A stretch of 52,745 nucleotides of DNA from Candidatus Woesearchaeota archaeon (GTDB lineage Archaea; Nanobdellota; Nanobdellia; SCGC-AAA011-G17; ARS1403): assembly GCA_016181275.1 (NCBI GenBank), contig JACOZQ010000024.1:661-53405 (forward strand), in the 5' to 3' direction. The stretch's first letter is position 1, and each line of letters starts with the position of its first letter. The translations under genes were made by a program, and so were the position numbers. Below, piece by piece: positions 17,192 through 27,511 of the stretch. Below the pieces are notes generated by a model that saw nothing but the letters and a program-made list of their open reading frames with translations, did not search any database and was not told the DNA's origin.

Positions 17192-19840
17192 ATGAGTCTG
17201 GAAGCAATAGTGACGAGATTAGAGATAACTCCAAATGGGGAGTTGTATGCGGGCTTTAGAAATCTTGGGGGTATTTTTTTTCCATGGAAAAATTTATTCT
17301 TTACCAAAAGCTTGGGAACTAATTCAGGTGATTTTAATAGCGCTATGGAAACTAATTTAAATTATGAAAGGGTAAGAAGACAAATAAAAGATAATGCTGC
17401 TCTCAGAAATTTCAAGGATAGATTAAAAACAACTTATTATTGGATATACCAGCTGTTTGCTCCCATAAATATAAAAGATTTGTTGCCTGATGAATTTATA
17501 ATTGGCGGATATACACCAAAAGCAAGATATCAACTTGCAAATCCTGGAACATTTGTGTCATTGGAAGACAAGGTTGTTGATGCATTACAATCTAAAAAAA
17601 TAATTGATGGAAAAATTTTTGAGCTAAAATCTCGCATTAATACTGCAAGAAAAAAATCTTATGCTACAAGAACTTTCAACATTTTAAATAATCTATTTGA
17701 AAATTATTCTGGAAATTTTCAGCAGATTCTTGAAAAGGCAGAATTAAATATTATATTAAAAAAATTAGATGTTGGCTTTATTCAAAGCATGATGGAAATT
17801 TCTGAGCTGGTAGCTGAAACCAATAAAAGACTTGATGGTGTTTCTTTGACATATACGCATGATTCTAAAAATAGAAGATCTCATTTCCCAAGAGTTGAAA
17901 TGCAAAATTATGATTTTCTAAAACATTGGAGAAAGATGACTGCTGATGAATTCTTTGGAATGAAATGGCTTTTTATCGACATTGAAATTCCTAATTTCAG
18001 AAATGAAAATGCTGGCATAACCTGGGTTGGAATAAAAATTTATGACAATGGGGATGTTGTCAATGAAATTTATACTACCCATAGTTTACAAGAAAAGGAA
18101 ATTGGAAGTTACAAAATTTTTAAAAGTGATAATCCTGCAGCATTGATTGAAAAATTAAGCACTAAAATTAATTATATTAATCCAGATGTTGTCGTCAGTT
18201 ATACAAATTTTGACCTTGTGGAATTAAAAGAAAGTGAAGTTGGATTTCCAATCGGGGAAAAAGAGACTAATCCTTTGTTTAAAGTAACTACTCCATTTTT
18301 TGAAAGAATTAGTGTAAAGGACAGGCTTGTTATTGATTTCATGAGATGGCAAAGAATTGCAAGAATTTTTGACATAAATGCTAAACTTGAGATGGCTGTT
18401 GGATTTGAGAAAGAGCTTGGATATGATGAACTGGAAGCATTGGAAAATGGGAGTATAGAAGGTAAAACTAAAATTGCAGAATATCTTGCCAGCGATGTTG
18501 ACAGATTATCTTCAATATTTTTACTTGATGAATTCAAAAAATGCACTGAAGATATTTTATGGATTTCAGCTGAAATGTGCAATGACATGAGTATAAACAT
18601 TGAAAGATTATTCCACAATCCGAATACAATAAATGATATTCAGGAGAGAAACTATCTGATTAAGAATGGAATATTTAGATCAGAAGTTCCTCCCTACTTC
18701 AAAACAAAAGATAATCAGAAAAAAGAAAAAAATTCCGGAGATACATTTGAACAATTTATAAATGATAAAATTATTGATAGTAACGTTGAAGGCCTTGTCA
18801 AAGATGTGCATAAGGTGTATATTCCAATAGGAGATTTTTTCAGAAGACAACTTGCACTGCAATCAGATGACATAAAAAGATTTTTTGAATACAAAGATCA
18901 ATTCAGAGACGATAAAAAAAGATTATTTTTCCTAGAACAATATGCCAAATCCTTAGCAAGATGGATGATAACCGATATTGGAAGCTTTATAAGAGAAAAA
19001 GTCGAGCTAAATGGAATGATTAGTCCTTTCGAGCCACTTCCAAATGGATTTTTTAGAGAAAGAAAATTTCTCAATCCTGATGATTTCAAAGAGTTTTTTG
19101 AACAAGAAGGAAAACTAAGACGTCATAACAACAGATTTTCAGCAAATTATAAAGTTGGCATTCAGAATGTTTTTAGCGAGATTAATAGAAGGGCTGAAGA
19201 GATAAATAAATTCCTAGCTAAAAATAATTTTCAGATAGTCGCAAGAGAAGGGTATTATTTATACTTAATTGGAGATGAATCTGCTCTTCTCGAAAAAGAT
19301 TCACCTGTTGTTGCCGTAGATAAAATACCTAAATTGTATAATGCTGACAAACCTTATTACAAAAAACATGGGTTCATTTCACATATGAGAATAGAAGATG
19401 ACCCGACTTATCATCTTTGCGTTTTTGAGATGGATGCACTTGGAGACATTATAAATCATTTATTAGATGGAAGACATGAACTGACCAGATTAAGATTTGA
19501 TATTGCTTTGAATGATCTTAGAAAATGTGACATTCCTGTTGAAGACTTAATTTTTAGAAATGAATCTAAAGAAAGATATTTTGCATTTACAAAAGATGGA
19601 TATAAAACTTCAAAGACACATTTCGTGCTTGAAGGAAGGTTTTTGAGAGATCCTGTTTTGACTGATTATGAAAATGAGCTGAGCTATTATGAAAATTCTC
19701 TTTCAGGAAAAAATATAAGAATATATCATCTTGATTTTGGATCTCTTGAAATAAATCATTCTGCATATTTTTCAAGAATTTTTGAAAGAGGAAAAAGAAT
19801 ATTAGCGCCCGTGATGGAAAAACAGCTTGAAATTTTTTAA
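17192..19840 (+). CDS. family-B DNA polymerase derivative: 3'-5' exonuclease domain plus degenerate polymerase domain
   Basis: ExoI FIDIE, ExoII NPDVVVSYTNFD and ExoIII EYLASD are present. No SLYPS or YGDTD; the equivalent segment reads FQIVAREGYYLYL. Confidence 0.65.
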   Translation: MSLEAIVTRLEITPNGELYAGFRNLGGIFFPWKNLFFTKSLGTNSGDFNSAMETNLNYERVRRQIKDNAALRNFKDRLKTTYYWIYQLFAPINIKDLLPDEFIIGGYTPKARYQLANPGTFVSLEDKVVDALQSKKIIDGKIFELKSRINTARKKSYATRTFNILNNLFENYSGNFQQILEKAELNIILKKLDVGFIQSMMEISELVAETNKRLDGVSLTYTHDSKNRRSHFPRVEMQNYDFLKHWRKMTADEFFGMKWLFIDIEIPNFRNENAGITWVGIKIYDNGDVVNEIYTTHSLQEKEIGSYKIFKSDNPAALIEKLSTKINYINPDVVVSYTNFDLVELKESEVGFPIGEKETNPLFKVTTPFFERISVKDRLVIDFMRWQRIARIFDINAKLEMAVGFEKELGYDELEALENGSIEGKTKIAEYLASDVDRLSSIFLLDEFKKCTEDILWISAEMCNDMSINIERLFHNPNTINDIQERNYLIKNGIFRSEVPPYFKTKDNQKKEKNSGDTFEQFINDKIIDSNVEGLVKDVHKVYIPIGDFFRRQLALQSDDIKRFFEYKDQFRDDKKRLFFLEQYAKSLARWMITDIGSFIREKVELNGMISPFEPLPNGFFRERKFLNPDDFKEFFEQEGKLRRHNNRFSANYKVGIQNVFSEINRRAEEINKFLAKNNFQIVAREGYYLYLIGDESALLEKDSPVVAVDKIPKLYNADKPYYKKHGFISHMRIEDDPTYHLCVFEMDALGDIINHLLDGRHELTRLRFDIALNDLRKCDIPVEDLIFRNESKERYFAFTKDGYKTSKTHFVLEGRFLRDPVLTDYENELSYYENSLSGKNIRIYHLDFGSLEINHSAYFSRIFERGKRILAPVMEKQLEIF

Positions 19841-20502
19841 TATTCATTCAATTTTTTTTGTTCTTTTTCTTCCACCTGCTTTTTATATGTCATCCATGAT
19901 TTTCTAAAAAGTTCTGGATGCTTGTCAAAATTTTCCTTTACAAACTTCTGGCATTGCGGATTTGACATGTAGCCAGTTCCAATTTTCTGGCCTATTTTCT
20001 TTTCGATGAGCTCGACTTCGTAATCTCTTTTATTTTTTGCAATTATAGAAGCTGCTGAAACCTCAACATGGTTTTTATCTGCTTTGTGCTCTACAATGAG
20101 CTCAATTTCAGGATTATTCAAATATTTTTTTAAATAATTTTTATACGCATTTATATTCGGAGAAGGACAATCTATAATCGCCCTATCTGACTTGAGATAA
20201 TTAATTAATTCAGCTGTTTTTCTTGCTTCAAGCCAGTTTAAATTTAATGCATCATAACCATGAACTGCTTTATCTATCTCTTCTGGTTGTACAATAATAA
20301 TTTTATGATTTTTTATAATCTTTAAAATTTGTTTTCCTAGCAGAATTCTTTTTTTCCCAGTTAATAATTTAGAGTCTCTTGCTCCAATGGATTTCAATCT
20401 GGTTGAATCTTCTTCATTTATCAAAACTCCGGCTATTACTAATGGACCAATAATAGGACCTCTACCGGCTTCATCAATCCCGACAACAAATACCATCTTC
20501 AA
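19837..20502 (-). CDS. rnhB: ribonuclease HII
   Basis: GIDEAGRGP, DSKLL, KAD, VSAASIIAK and a C-terminal PIP-box-like QKKLNEY. Confidence 0.97.
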   Translation of the reverse strand: MKMVFVVGIDEAGRGPIIGPLVIAGVLINEEDSTRLKSIGARDSKLLTGKKRILLGKQILKIIKNHKIIIVQPEEIDKAVHGYDALNLNWLEARKTAELINYLKSDRAIIDCPSPNINAYKNYLKKYLNNPEIELIVEHKADKNHVEVSAASIIAKNKRDYEVELIEKKIGQKIGTGYMSNPQCQKFVKENFDKHPELFRKSWMTYKKQVEEKEQKKLNEY

Positions 20503-20532
20503 AACATAATTAAAGCAGTATAATTATTTTAC

Positions 20533-21939
20533 TTATTGCCTGGCCTTCAAAGCTTCCACTGTCGGCAATTTTTCCTCGATCAAATACTTGAATAATGGAG
20601 CTGTATTCTTTGAAAGATAATTTATATTCTTCATCGGAATGTTGAACTGCTTGAAGCAATTCACCGTCGATTCTCCCAATACAAATGTAAATGCATTTGA
20701 TTTTCCTAGCTCTTCCAAAACAGCTTTTGTAGCTTCTCTAAAATTCTCATCCTCTATTTTTCCTAAAGGTCCTTTTATTATTATTGTTTTTGCTTTTCTA
20801 ATCAAAGACAAATAATTTTCCAGTGTTTGAGATCCTATTTCATTTAAATTTTGATAGATTGGCAGTCTCAACAAAGAAACCTGCTCAGCCATACCGAAAG
20901 TTGAGATCTTGTAATCTTCAGGAAGAATTATATTCTCATATCCAACTAATTTCTTTAAGTCTGAGTTTATTTTTATTTTTTCTTTTTTCAGCTCCTGCTC
21001 TTGAGCTCCAAGTTTATCTCCTTTCGCAAGATGAAGTAAATGAGATAGATAACCTGAAGTAAGAATTGTATTTGCTCTCTTTTTTTCTAATGAAACTTTT
21101 ATAAGATTTATAAGCTGCTCTGGTTTGTTCCCTCCCAAAATATACAAGCAAGGTTTTGCTGGATTCAACAAATGATTTGCAGCATCTATTTCTTTTTCAA
21201 AATATCTTCCAATACATGTCTGCATAATTTTAGGAAATCCTGTTAATGAAGTATAGGAGAAATGAGCTAATGAAAACGCATCATTAACATAATAATCTGC
21301 TAATGAAGAGAGTATTTTAACAAGGTTTGTTTTAGCCTGCTTTTTCTCTTTTATCTTTTCCTCCTTGTCAGCAAAAAGATTTTTTAAGATTATAACATCT
21401 CCAGATTTCATTGACTTTATTGCTTGCTGCGCTTGTTCCCCGATCAAGTCGTCAACATAAGTTATATTCTGGTTTAGTTTCTTTGACAAATACTCTGCAT
21501 GCATATTCATGAATGGAAATGATTTTTCTTTTGGCTGCTGAGATTGATGAGCTAAAACTACAACTCTTGCTTGCTTTTCTATCAGCTCTAATATTGTCGG
21601 CAGGTGATGTGAGAAATGCTCTGTTGGAATAAATTCTGGAGATAATTGGGAATCCAAATCCAATCTTAATAAAACAATTTTATCTTTGAGTTTGAAATCA
21701 TCTAAAGTCTTGAAATCTTTTATCTTGTATGCATATCCTGCAAAACTTTTCTCTTTAAGCCTAGTGGAATCCTGGATTACTTTTGATGCCGGCTCCTTTT
21801 TTACTTCTCCCCACTTAACCAATCTTCTTAATGAGGATTGAATTGACTTTAATGAGTTGCCTGTGGCTTTGGCTATCTCGTTGCTCAACAACCAAGAATT
21901 ACTTTTCTTTAATGCTTTTTTTACCTCTTCCTGCCCCAT
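20533..21939 (-). CDS. winged-HTH fused to degenerate phosphoglycerate kinase domain
   Basis: N-terminal SNEIAKATGNSLKSIQSSLRRLVKWGEV HTH, then a colinear PGK fold (FKTLDDF..VLLRLD, YVNDAF, LGGNK, GPLG) with active-site motifs altered. Confidence 0.8.
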   Translation of the reverse strand: MGQEEVKKALKKSNSWLLSNEIAKATGNSLKSIQSSLRRLVKWGEVKKEPASKVIQDSTRLKEKSFAGYAYKIKDFKTLDDFKLKDKIVLLRLDLDSQLSPEFIPTEHFSHHLPTILELIEKQARVVVLAHQSQQPKEKSFPFMNMHAEYLSKKLNQNITYVDDLIGEQAQQAIKSMKSGDVIILKNLFADKEEKIKEKKQAKTNLVKILSSLADYYVNDAFSLAHFSYTSLTGFPKIMQTCIGRYFEKEIDAANHLLNPAKPCLYILGGNKPEQLINLIKVSLEKKRANTILTSGYLSHLLHLAKGDKLGAQEQELKKEKIKINSDLKKLVGYENIILPEDYKISTFGMAEQVSLLRLPIYQNLNEIGSQTLENYLSLIRKAKTIIIKGPLGKIEDENFREATKAVLEELGKSNAFTFVLGESTVNCFKQFNIPMKNINYLSKNTAPLFKYLIEEKLPTVEALKARQ

Positions 21940-21975
21940 TTTTAGTTTTAACTATAATGAAAGGGATTTTAAACA

Positions 21976-22614
21976 TTATTGTTCTGTTGAAATACTTTTT
22001 ATCTTATAATATTCAATTGCCTTGTACAAGCATTTCAAAGGATCCTTGTCGAATTTTTCCAGTTTGAAATTATCCCTTCCTGATAAGAGAATCTTTATCG
22101 CTTTCTCATCTTCCTTGACTATGCTGCGGGATTTTATTTTATCCAGATAAACAATTCTTTTAACTCCTGATTGGATTATGGACCTGACGCAAGCCAAGCA
22201 TGGAAATCCTGTAACATACAATGTAGAATTTTCTATATAAAACTGTTTGTTCAGAATTGCATTTTTTTCTGCATGCTCGATAAACAGATATTTTTCAGGA
22301 CGAGTTAATGGAATCAAATGGTCTTTAGAACCTCTAGGAAAACCATTATAGCCAATGCTTAAAACTTTATTATTTTCATCAACGATAACACAGCCATTTT
22401 TTTGAGATGGATCAATTGAGCGCATTGAAATCAATATTGCCATTGACATAAAATATTCATCCCATTTCGGCTTTTTCCAGTGCTCAAATAAGTCCTTGTT
22501 TAAATTATTAGAATGCGAAATATGCTCTTTAAATAAATAATTTAAATCATCAATATGAGATTCCAAATAAGTTTCATCCTTTTCAACATTCACCTTCTTT
22601 TTATCAGAATCCAT
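21976..22614 (-). CDS. dCMP deaminase
   Basis: WDEYFM, RSIDP, GYNGFPRG, HAEKNAI and PCLAC. Confidence 0.93.
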   Translation of the reverse strand: MDSDKKKVNVEKDETYLESHIDDLNYLFKEHISHSNNLNKDLFEHWKKPKWDEYFMSMAILISMRSIDPSQKNGCVIVDENNKVLSIGYNGFPRGSKDHLIPLTRPEKYLFIEHAEKNAILNKQFYIENSTLYVTGFPCLACVRSIIQSGVKRIVYLDKIKSRSIVKEDEKAIKILLSGRDNFKLEKFDKDPLKCLYKAIEYYKIKSISTEQ

Positions 22615-22745
22615 ACAGATTCATAAAAGACAAGAATATAAAAACATAATTATCCTAAATAGATTATTTTACCCGACATATTTGACATGCCATCATAAGG
22701 CTTTTAAATCTATATTTTAAAGAATATAAAAAAGAGTTTTCTGAC

Positions 22746-25700
22746 ATGGGGATAGAATTTATTGAAAAGCCTTACAAGGCGAAGGAAGTTGAAAGCATCC
22801 TGCACCCTTTTGTTAGAGAGTGGTTTTTTAAAAAATTTAAAGAATTTTCTCTTCCCCAATTATATGGCGTTTTGGAAATTCATAATGGAAACAATGTTCT
22901 TGTAAGCGCTCCAACAGGAGCTACTAAAACGTTAACTGCTTTCCTTGCTATTTTAAATGAACTAGTTACATTAGCATCTGAAGAAAAATTGGAAGACAAA
23001 GTTTATTGTGTATATGCCTCACCACTTAAGGCACTCACAAATGATATTTCTTACAATTTAGTCACTCCCTTAAATGAGATTAATGAAATTGCTAAAAAAC
23101 ACGGAAAAAAATTTGATATTAGAATCGGCCTGAGAACAGGAGATACTTCTGCAAGCGACAGGGCTAAAATGAGCAAGAAAACGCCGCATATTTTTGTGAC
23201 AACGCCAGAATCATTAGCAATAGTTCTGACTACAACTAAATTCAGAGAATATATGAAAGATGTAAAATACTGCATCATTGATGAGATTCATGCTCTTGCT
23301 GAAAACAAAAGAGGAGTTCATTTATCCTTATCAATTGAAAGACTAAGACAGCTGACTGGGAAAAATTTCTGCAGAATCGGCTTGAGTGCTACTGTATCTC
23401 CACTGAAAGAGATTGCTCAATACTTAGTTGGATCTGAAAATGACTGCAAGATTGCTGACGTCCAGTTCATAAAAAAAATGGATCTAAAAGTTTTGAGCCC
23501 TGTAAAAGACCTGATTAATACAAGTTATAATGAGCAGAACAGGGCGATGTATGAGCTGATTAATAATTTAATCCAGGAGCATAAAACTACCTTAATTTTT
23601 ACGAATACAAGAGCTGCAACTGAAAGAGTTGTGCATTACTTGAAAGAAAAATTTCCTAAAAACTATTCTGAAAACATCGGAGCTCATCACGGCAGCTTGT
23701 CAAAAGAAAGCAGATTAAATCTTGAAAACAGATTGAGAAAAGGTGAATTAAAAGTTGTTGTATGTTTAGAAGGAAATACAAAAGTTTTAGACGATAAAGG
23801 CAACTGGATTAAAATTAAAGATATTGATGAGAGAAAGGTGGCAAGTTTGGGAAATAATTTTAAACTCAATAATAACAAAGTAATTACTAAAATAACAAAA
23901 GAGAATAAAGATAATCTAGTAAAAATAAAAACTTCTTTAGGAAAGGAAATAATTTGCACAAAAGAACATAAATTTTTGACTATAAATAAGAAAGGAGATG
24001 TTGAATGGAAAGAGACTAAAGATTTTAATGAAGGCGATCCAATTGCTACAATTAGAAAATATAACTACAAACCACTAACAAGAAAAGAACTTAATAATTT
24101 AGCTTTAGAAAATTATCCCGATGATGGCTATCTTGGATTAAAAAAAGAATTCTTAGATAAAATTAAAAGTAAAATAATAAAAAGATACGGAGAAATTAAA
24201 ATTTATTGGTTAAATGGGGTAAAAGGCAAACTTTCATATTCTACATTTTTACAAGATTTAAGAGGAAACCATTTGTTTAGGATAGAGATTATAAAAAAAA
24301 TCATTAAAGACTTAAAAATTAGAGATAATCAATTATGGAAAAATATAGTTTGTTTCTCTTCTGATAAATATAAGGCCCCAAAGTTGGAAATTAATAGTGA
24401 TATAATGAGATTATTAGGTTTTATGTCAGCAGAAGGCTACATATCACCCAGAGCTTTATATATCTCAAGTAGAAATAAAAAACTATTGGATTATTACTCA
24501 AAACTTATAAAAAAACTTTCTGGAAAAGAGCCATTTAAAAAATTAAGCTCAAGTGGAACTCCTATTTTTTCTTGGGAATCTATATTTTTATCTAAATTTT
24601 TACAGAATATTGGTTTTAAGAAAGGAAGAAAAGCAAGGATTAACAATATCCCCAAATTTGTCTTTTCGTTAAATACCCCTCTTGTCTTTAGCTTTCTTTC
24701 TGCATATCTCGATGGGGATGGTTTTTCAGATACAAAAAAAGATGGAAGAACCCATTCTATTGGTTTTTCAACAACAAGCAAAGAAATGGCAGAAGATTTA
24801 ACAAGATTATTGTTAAGAGAGGGAATATTAGCTTCAATTAGAGGAAAATATATTGATGAAAGACCTCAATTATTAGATGGTGGAATTATTGTTAAAAAAG
24901 GCTGGTTTTATGAAGTGGTAGTTATTGGCGGGAAAAATCTGAGGTTATTTGCTAAACATATAAGCCCCATGAGAGAAAATTTAATAAATGCAAAAATGAC
25001 AATAACTTCAGAAGGATATTCAAATTTGGATACAATCCCAAATCTTGGCATAAAATTAAGAAAAATAAGAAAAGAAATCGGAGTCTCAACATACAAATTA
25101 TATAAAAATAATAAGTTAGACCCAACTAAATATGAGCTTAATAATAGGAGCATATCTAGAAAACAACTATCTAGATTGTTATCCGTATATCATATTGACG
25201 AGGATTCATTGAATAATCTATCCAATTCTGATATATTTTGGGAAAAAATAAAATCTAAAGAAAAAGCTGGAAAAGATGAATCCGTTTATAATATCGAAGT
25301 GGAAAACGAGCATAATTATATCGCAAATGGATTTATAACAAAAAATTGTTCTACTTCACTCGAGCTGGGAATTGATATTGGCTTCATTGACCTAGTTATT
25401 TTGCTTGGAAGTCCTAAGAGCGTTGCCAGATGCCTTCAAAGAATTGGAAGAAGTGGACATAAACTTCATGAGACTGCCAAAGGTAGAATAATTGTTCTTG
25501 ATAGAGATGATCTTGTTGAATGCTCTGTGATGCTGAAAAGTGCAATTGAAAGAAAAATTGATACGATTCATATTCCTAAAAACTGCCTTGATGTTTTATC
25601 TCAGCAAATTTATGGTATTGCTATTGCTGATAGAATTAGCTATGATGATTTGTTCAAGATGATAAAAAGAAGCTACTGCTATAAAGATCTTGAGAAGAAA

Positions 25701-26927
25701 GACTTTGATGAAGTGCTTAATTATTTATCTGGAGAATATACCTCATTAGAAGACAGGTATGTTTATGCTAAAATCTGGTGGGACAAAGAAACAGGAATGA
25801 TTGGAAGAAAAGGAAAACTTTCCAGAATAATTTACATGACAAACATCGGAACAATACCTGATGAGACTCATGTAACTGTTAAAGTCGGCGAGCAGATAAT
25901 AGGTCATATTGATGAAGCTTTTCTTGAAAGATTAAAGAGAAGAGATGTGTTTGTTCTAGGCGGGGATAGATATGAATTTCAGTTTGCCCGCGGCATGGTA
26001 GCTCAAGTCAAATCAACTGCTGATCGTCCTCCAACAATTCCAAGCTGGTTTTCCGAGATGCTACCATTGAGCTTTGATCTTGGCATGGAGATTGGAAGAT
26101 TCAGAAGACTAATTGAAGAAAAATTTGATAAGAAAAAAAACAAAGATGAAATTTTAAAATTTATTGATGAATATTTATACGTCGACAAAACCGGAGCTGA
26201 AGCAATTTATAATTACTTCAACCAGATGTATTTGTATTGCGGTGATATTCCTAATGACAAGAAAATAATAATTGAGCATTATAACGCATATAATAAAAAA
26301 TTCATTGTCTTTCACACATTATATGGAAGGAGAGTAAACGATGTATTGAGCAGAGCTGTTGCTTACCTCGTCGGCTTGATCGGAAAAAGAGATATTGAGA
26401 TTGGAATAAATGACAATGGCTTTTATCTTGCAAGCGAAGACAAGATGCAGGTCAAGAGAGCATTTGATTCTCTAAAATCCAAAGATTTGGACAGGATTAT
26501 GGAAATTGCTCTTGATAAAACAGAAGTATTGAGAAGAAGATTCAGGCATTGCGCCGGCAGGAGTTTAATGATATTAAGAACTTACAAAGGAAGGACTAAA
26601 AGGGTCGGAAGGCAGCAAGTCAGCTCAATGCTGCTGATAAGCGCTGTAAGAAGAATCTCAAATGATTTTCCTATTTTGAAAGAAGCAAGAAGAGAGGTGT
26701 TGGAAGATTTAATGGACGTTGTAAACGCCAAAAGAATAATTATTGATCTTGAAAATGGAAAGATAAAAGTAAAAGAAATTGATACTAGAATTCCTAGCCC
26801 ATTTGCATTTAATTTAGTTTTGCAGGGCTATACGGATATATTCAAGATGGAAGACAAGGCTGAGTTCTTGCAGAGGATGCATAATCTTGTTCTTGCAAAG
26901 ATTGGGCAGAAGAGTGAGATTAATTAA
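22746..26927 (+). CDS. lhr: ATP-dependent helicase Lhr containing an intein
   Basis: SPLKAL, TTPESL, DEIH, GLSAT, HHGSLS, STSLELGIDIG, QRIGRSGH and GTIPDE. Confidence 0.95.
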   Translation: MGIEFIEKPYKAKEVESILHPFVREWFFKKFKEFSLPQLYGVLEIHNGNNVLVSAPTGATKTLTAFLAILNELVTLASEEKLEDKVYCVYASPLKALTNDISYNLVTPLNEINEIAKKHGKKFDIRIGLRTGDTSASDRAKMSKKTPHIFVTTPESLAIVLTTTKFREYMKDVKYCIIDEIHALAENKRGVHLSLSIERLRQLTGKNFCRIGLSATVSPLKEIAQYLVGSENDCKIADVQFIKKMDLKVLSPVKDLINTSYNEQNRAMYELINNLIQEHKTTLIFTNTRAATERVVHYLKEKFPKNYSENIGAHHGSLSKESRLNLENRLRKGELKVVVCLEGNTKVLDDKGNWIKIKDIDERKVASLGNNFKLNNNKVITKITKENKDNLVKIKTSLGKEIICTKEHKFLTINKKGDVEWKETKDFNEGDPIATIRKYNYKPLTRKELNNLALENYPDDGYLGLKKEFLDKIKSKIIKRYGEIKIYWLNGVKGKLSYSTFLQDLRGNHLFRIEIIKKIIKDLKIRDNQLWKNIVCFSSDKYKAPKLEINSDIMRLLGFMSAEGYISPRALYISSRNKKLLDYYSKLIKKLSGKEPFKKLSSSGTPIFSWESIFLSKFLQNIGFKKGRKARINNIPKFVFSLNTPLVFSFLSAYLDGDGFSDTKKDGRTHSIGFSTTSKEMAEDLTRLLLREGILASIRGKYIDERPQLLDGGIIVKKGWFYEVVVIGGKNLRLFAKHISPMRENLINAKMTITSEGYSNLDTIPNLGIKLRKIRKEIGVSTYKLYKNNKLDPTKYELNNRSISRKQLSRLLSVYHIDEDSLNNLSNSDIFWEKIKSKEKAGKDESVYNIEVENEHNYIANGFITKNCSTSLELGIDIGFIDLVILLGSPKSVARCLQRIGRSGHKLHETAKGRIIVLDRDDLVECSVMLKSAIERKIDTIHIPKNCLDVLSQQIYGIAIADRISYDDLFKMIKRSYCYKDLEKKDFDEVLNYLSGEYTSLEDRYVYAKIWWDKETGMIGRKGKLSRIIYMTNIGTIPDETHVTVKVGEQIIGHIDEAFLERLKRRDVFVLGGDRYEFQFARGMVAQVKSTADRPPTIPSWFSEMLPLSFDLGMEIGRFRRLIEEKFDKKKNKDEILKFIDEYLYVDKTGAEAIYNYFNQMYLYCGDIPNDKKIIIEHYNAYNKKFIVFHTLYGRRVNDVLSRAVAYLVGLIGKRDIEIGINDNGFYLASEDKMQVKRAFDSLKSKDLDRIMEIALDKTEVLRRRFRHCAGRSLMILRTYKGRTKRVGRQQVSSMLLISAVRRISNDFPILKEARREVLEDLMDVVNAKRIIIDLENGKIKVKEIDTRIPSPFAFNLVLQGYTDIFKMEDKAEFLQRMHNLVLAKIGQKSEIN
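23763..25346 (+). mobile_element. intein (528 aa) with LAGLIDADG homing endonuclease in lhr
   Basis: Starts CLEGNTKV after KVVV, has block B CTKEHKF and LAGLIDADG motifs LLGFMSAEG and FLSAYLDGDG, and ends VYNIEVENEHNYIANGFITKN before C+1. Confidence 0.95.
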
Positions 26928-26928
26928 T

Positions 26929-27180
26929 TTAATTTTCATAAATATCTTTTCTGTGCCCTATTTTTAGAATGTAAACTGCTTGAGCAGATTCATCAACATC
27001 AATTATCAATCTGTAATCACCAACCCTTAATTTAAAACCTTTAATATTTTCTAAATGCTCAAGAAAACGAAATGGGTTATCCTTGCATTGCTGTAGTTTT
27101 TTCCAGATCCTTTCCTTTTTATCTTTCTCAAGTTTATTTAAGAAATCAATAGCTCTCTTATCAAATTTTAATTCATACAT
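26929..27180 (-). CDS. RelE/ParE family toxin
   Basis: 83 aa with KLRVGDYRLI and IGHRKDIY. Confidence 0.92.
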   Translation of the reverse strand: MYELKFDKRAIDFLNKLEKDKKERIWKKLQQCKDNPFRFLEHLENIKGFKLRVGDYRLIIDVDESAQAVYILKIGHRKDIYEN

Positions 27181-27182
27181 TT

Positions 27183-27425
27183 TTAAAAACCAAGAATTTT
27201 TTTAGCTTCATCTTCTGTATAAAATTCGCCTTTTCGAATCCTTTCTCTAGCTTCTTTTATTTCGAGAATAGTTTTTTGACTTAATCTTGGCTCTTTTTCA
27301 GCTAGTTTAACTAAATAGATAAGTTTTCTGACTAGTTCATCATAACTTTCGCTTTTATATTGTTTAAAAGCATCCAGTTCTAATTTTGTTTTTTGATTAA
27401 GTCTTATTGTTGTTTCCATATACAA
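27183..27425 (-). CDS. antitoxin (RHH-like N-terminus)
   Basis: TTIRL..KTKLELD..K..ESYDELVRKLI, directly upstream of relE. Palindrome TACAAAGGTATACCAATGTA at 27421-27440 overlaps its start. Confidence 0.85.
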   Translation of the reverse strand: MYMETTIRLNQKTKLELDAFKQYKSESYDELVRKLIYLVKLAEKEPRLSQKTILEIKEARERIRKGEFYTEDEAKKILGF

Positions 27426-27511
27426 AGGTATACCAATGTAGATTTTATAAATGTTTTGGTTTTAAAATTATGACTAAAATATTTAAATAATAACCATTTT
27501 TCTAAAAATTT

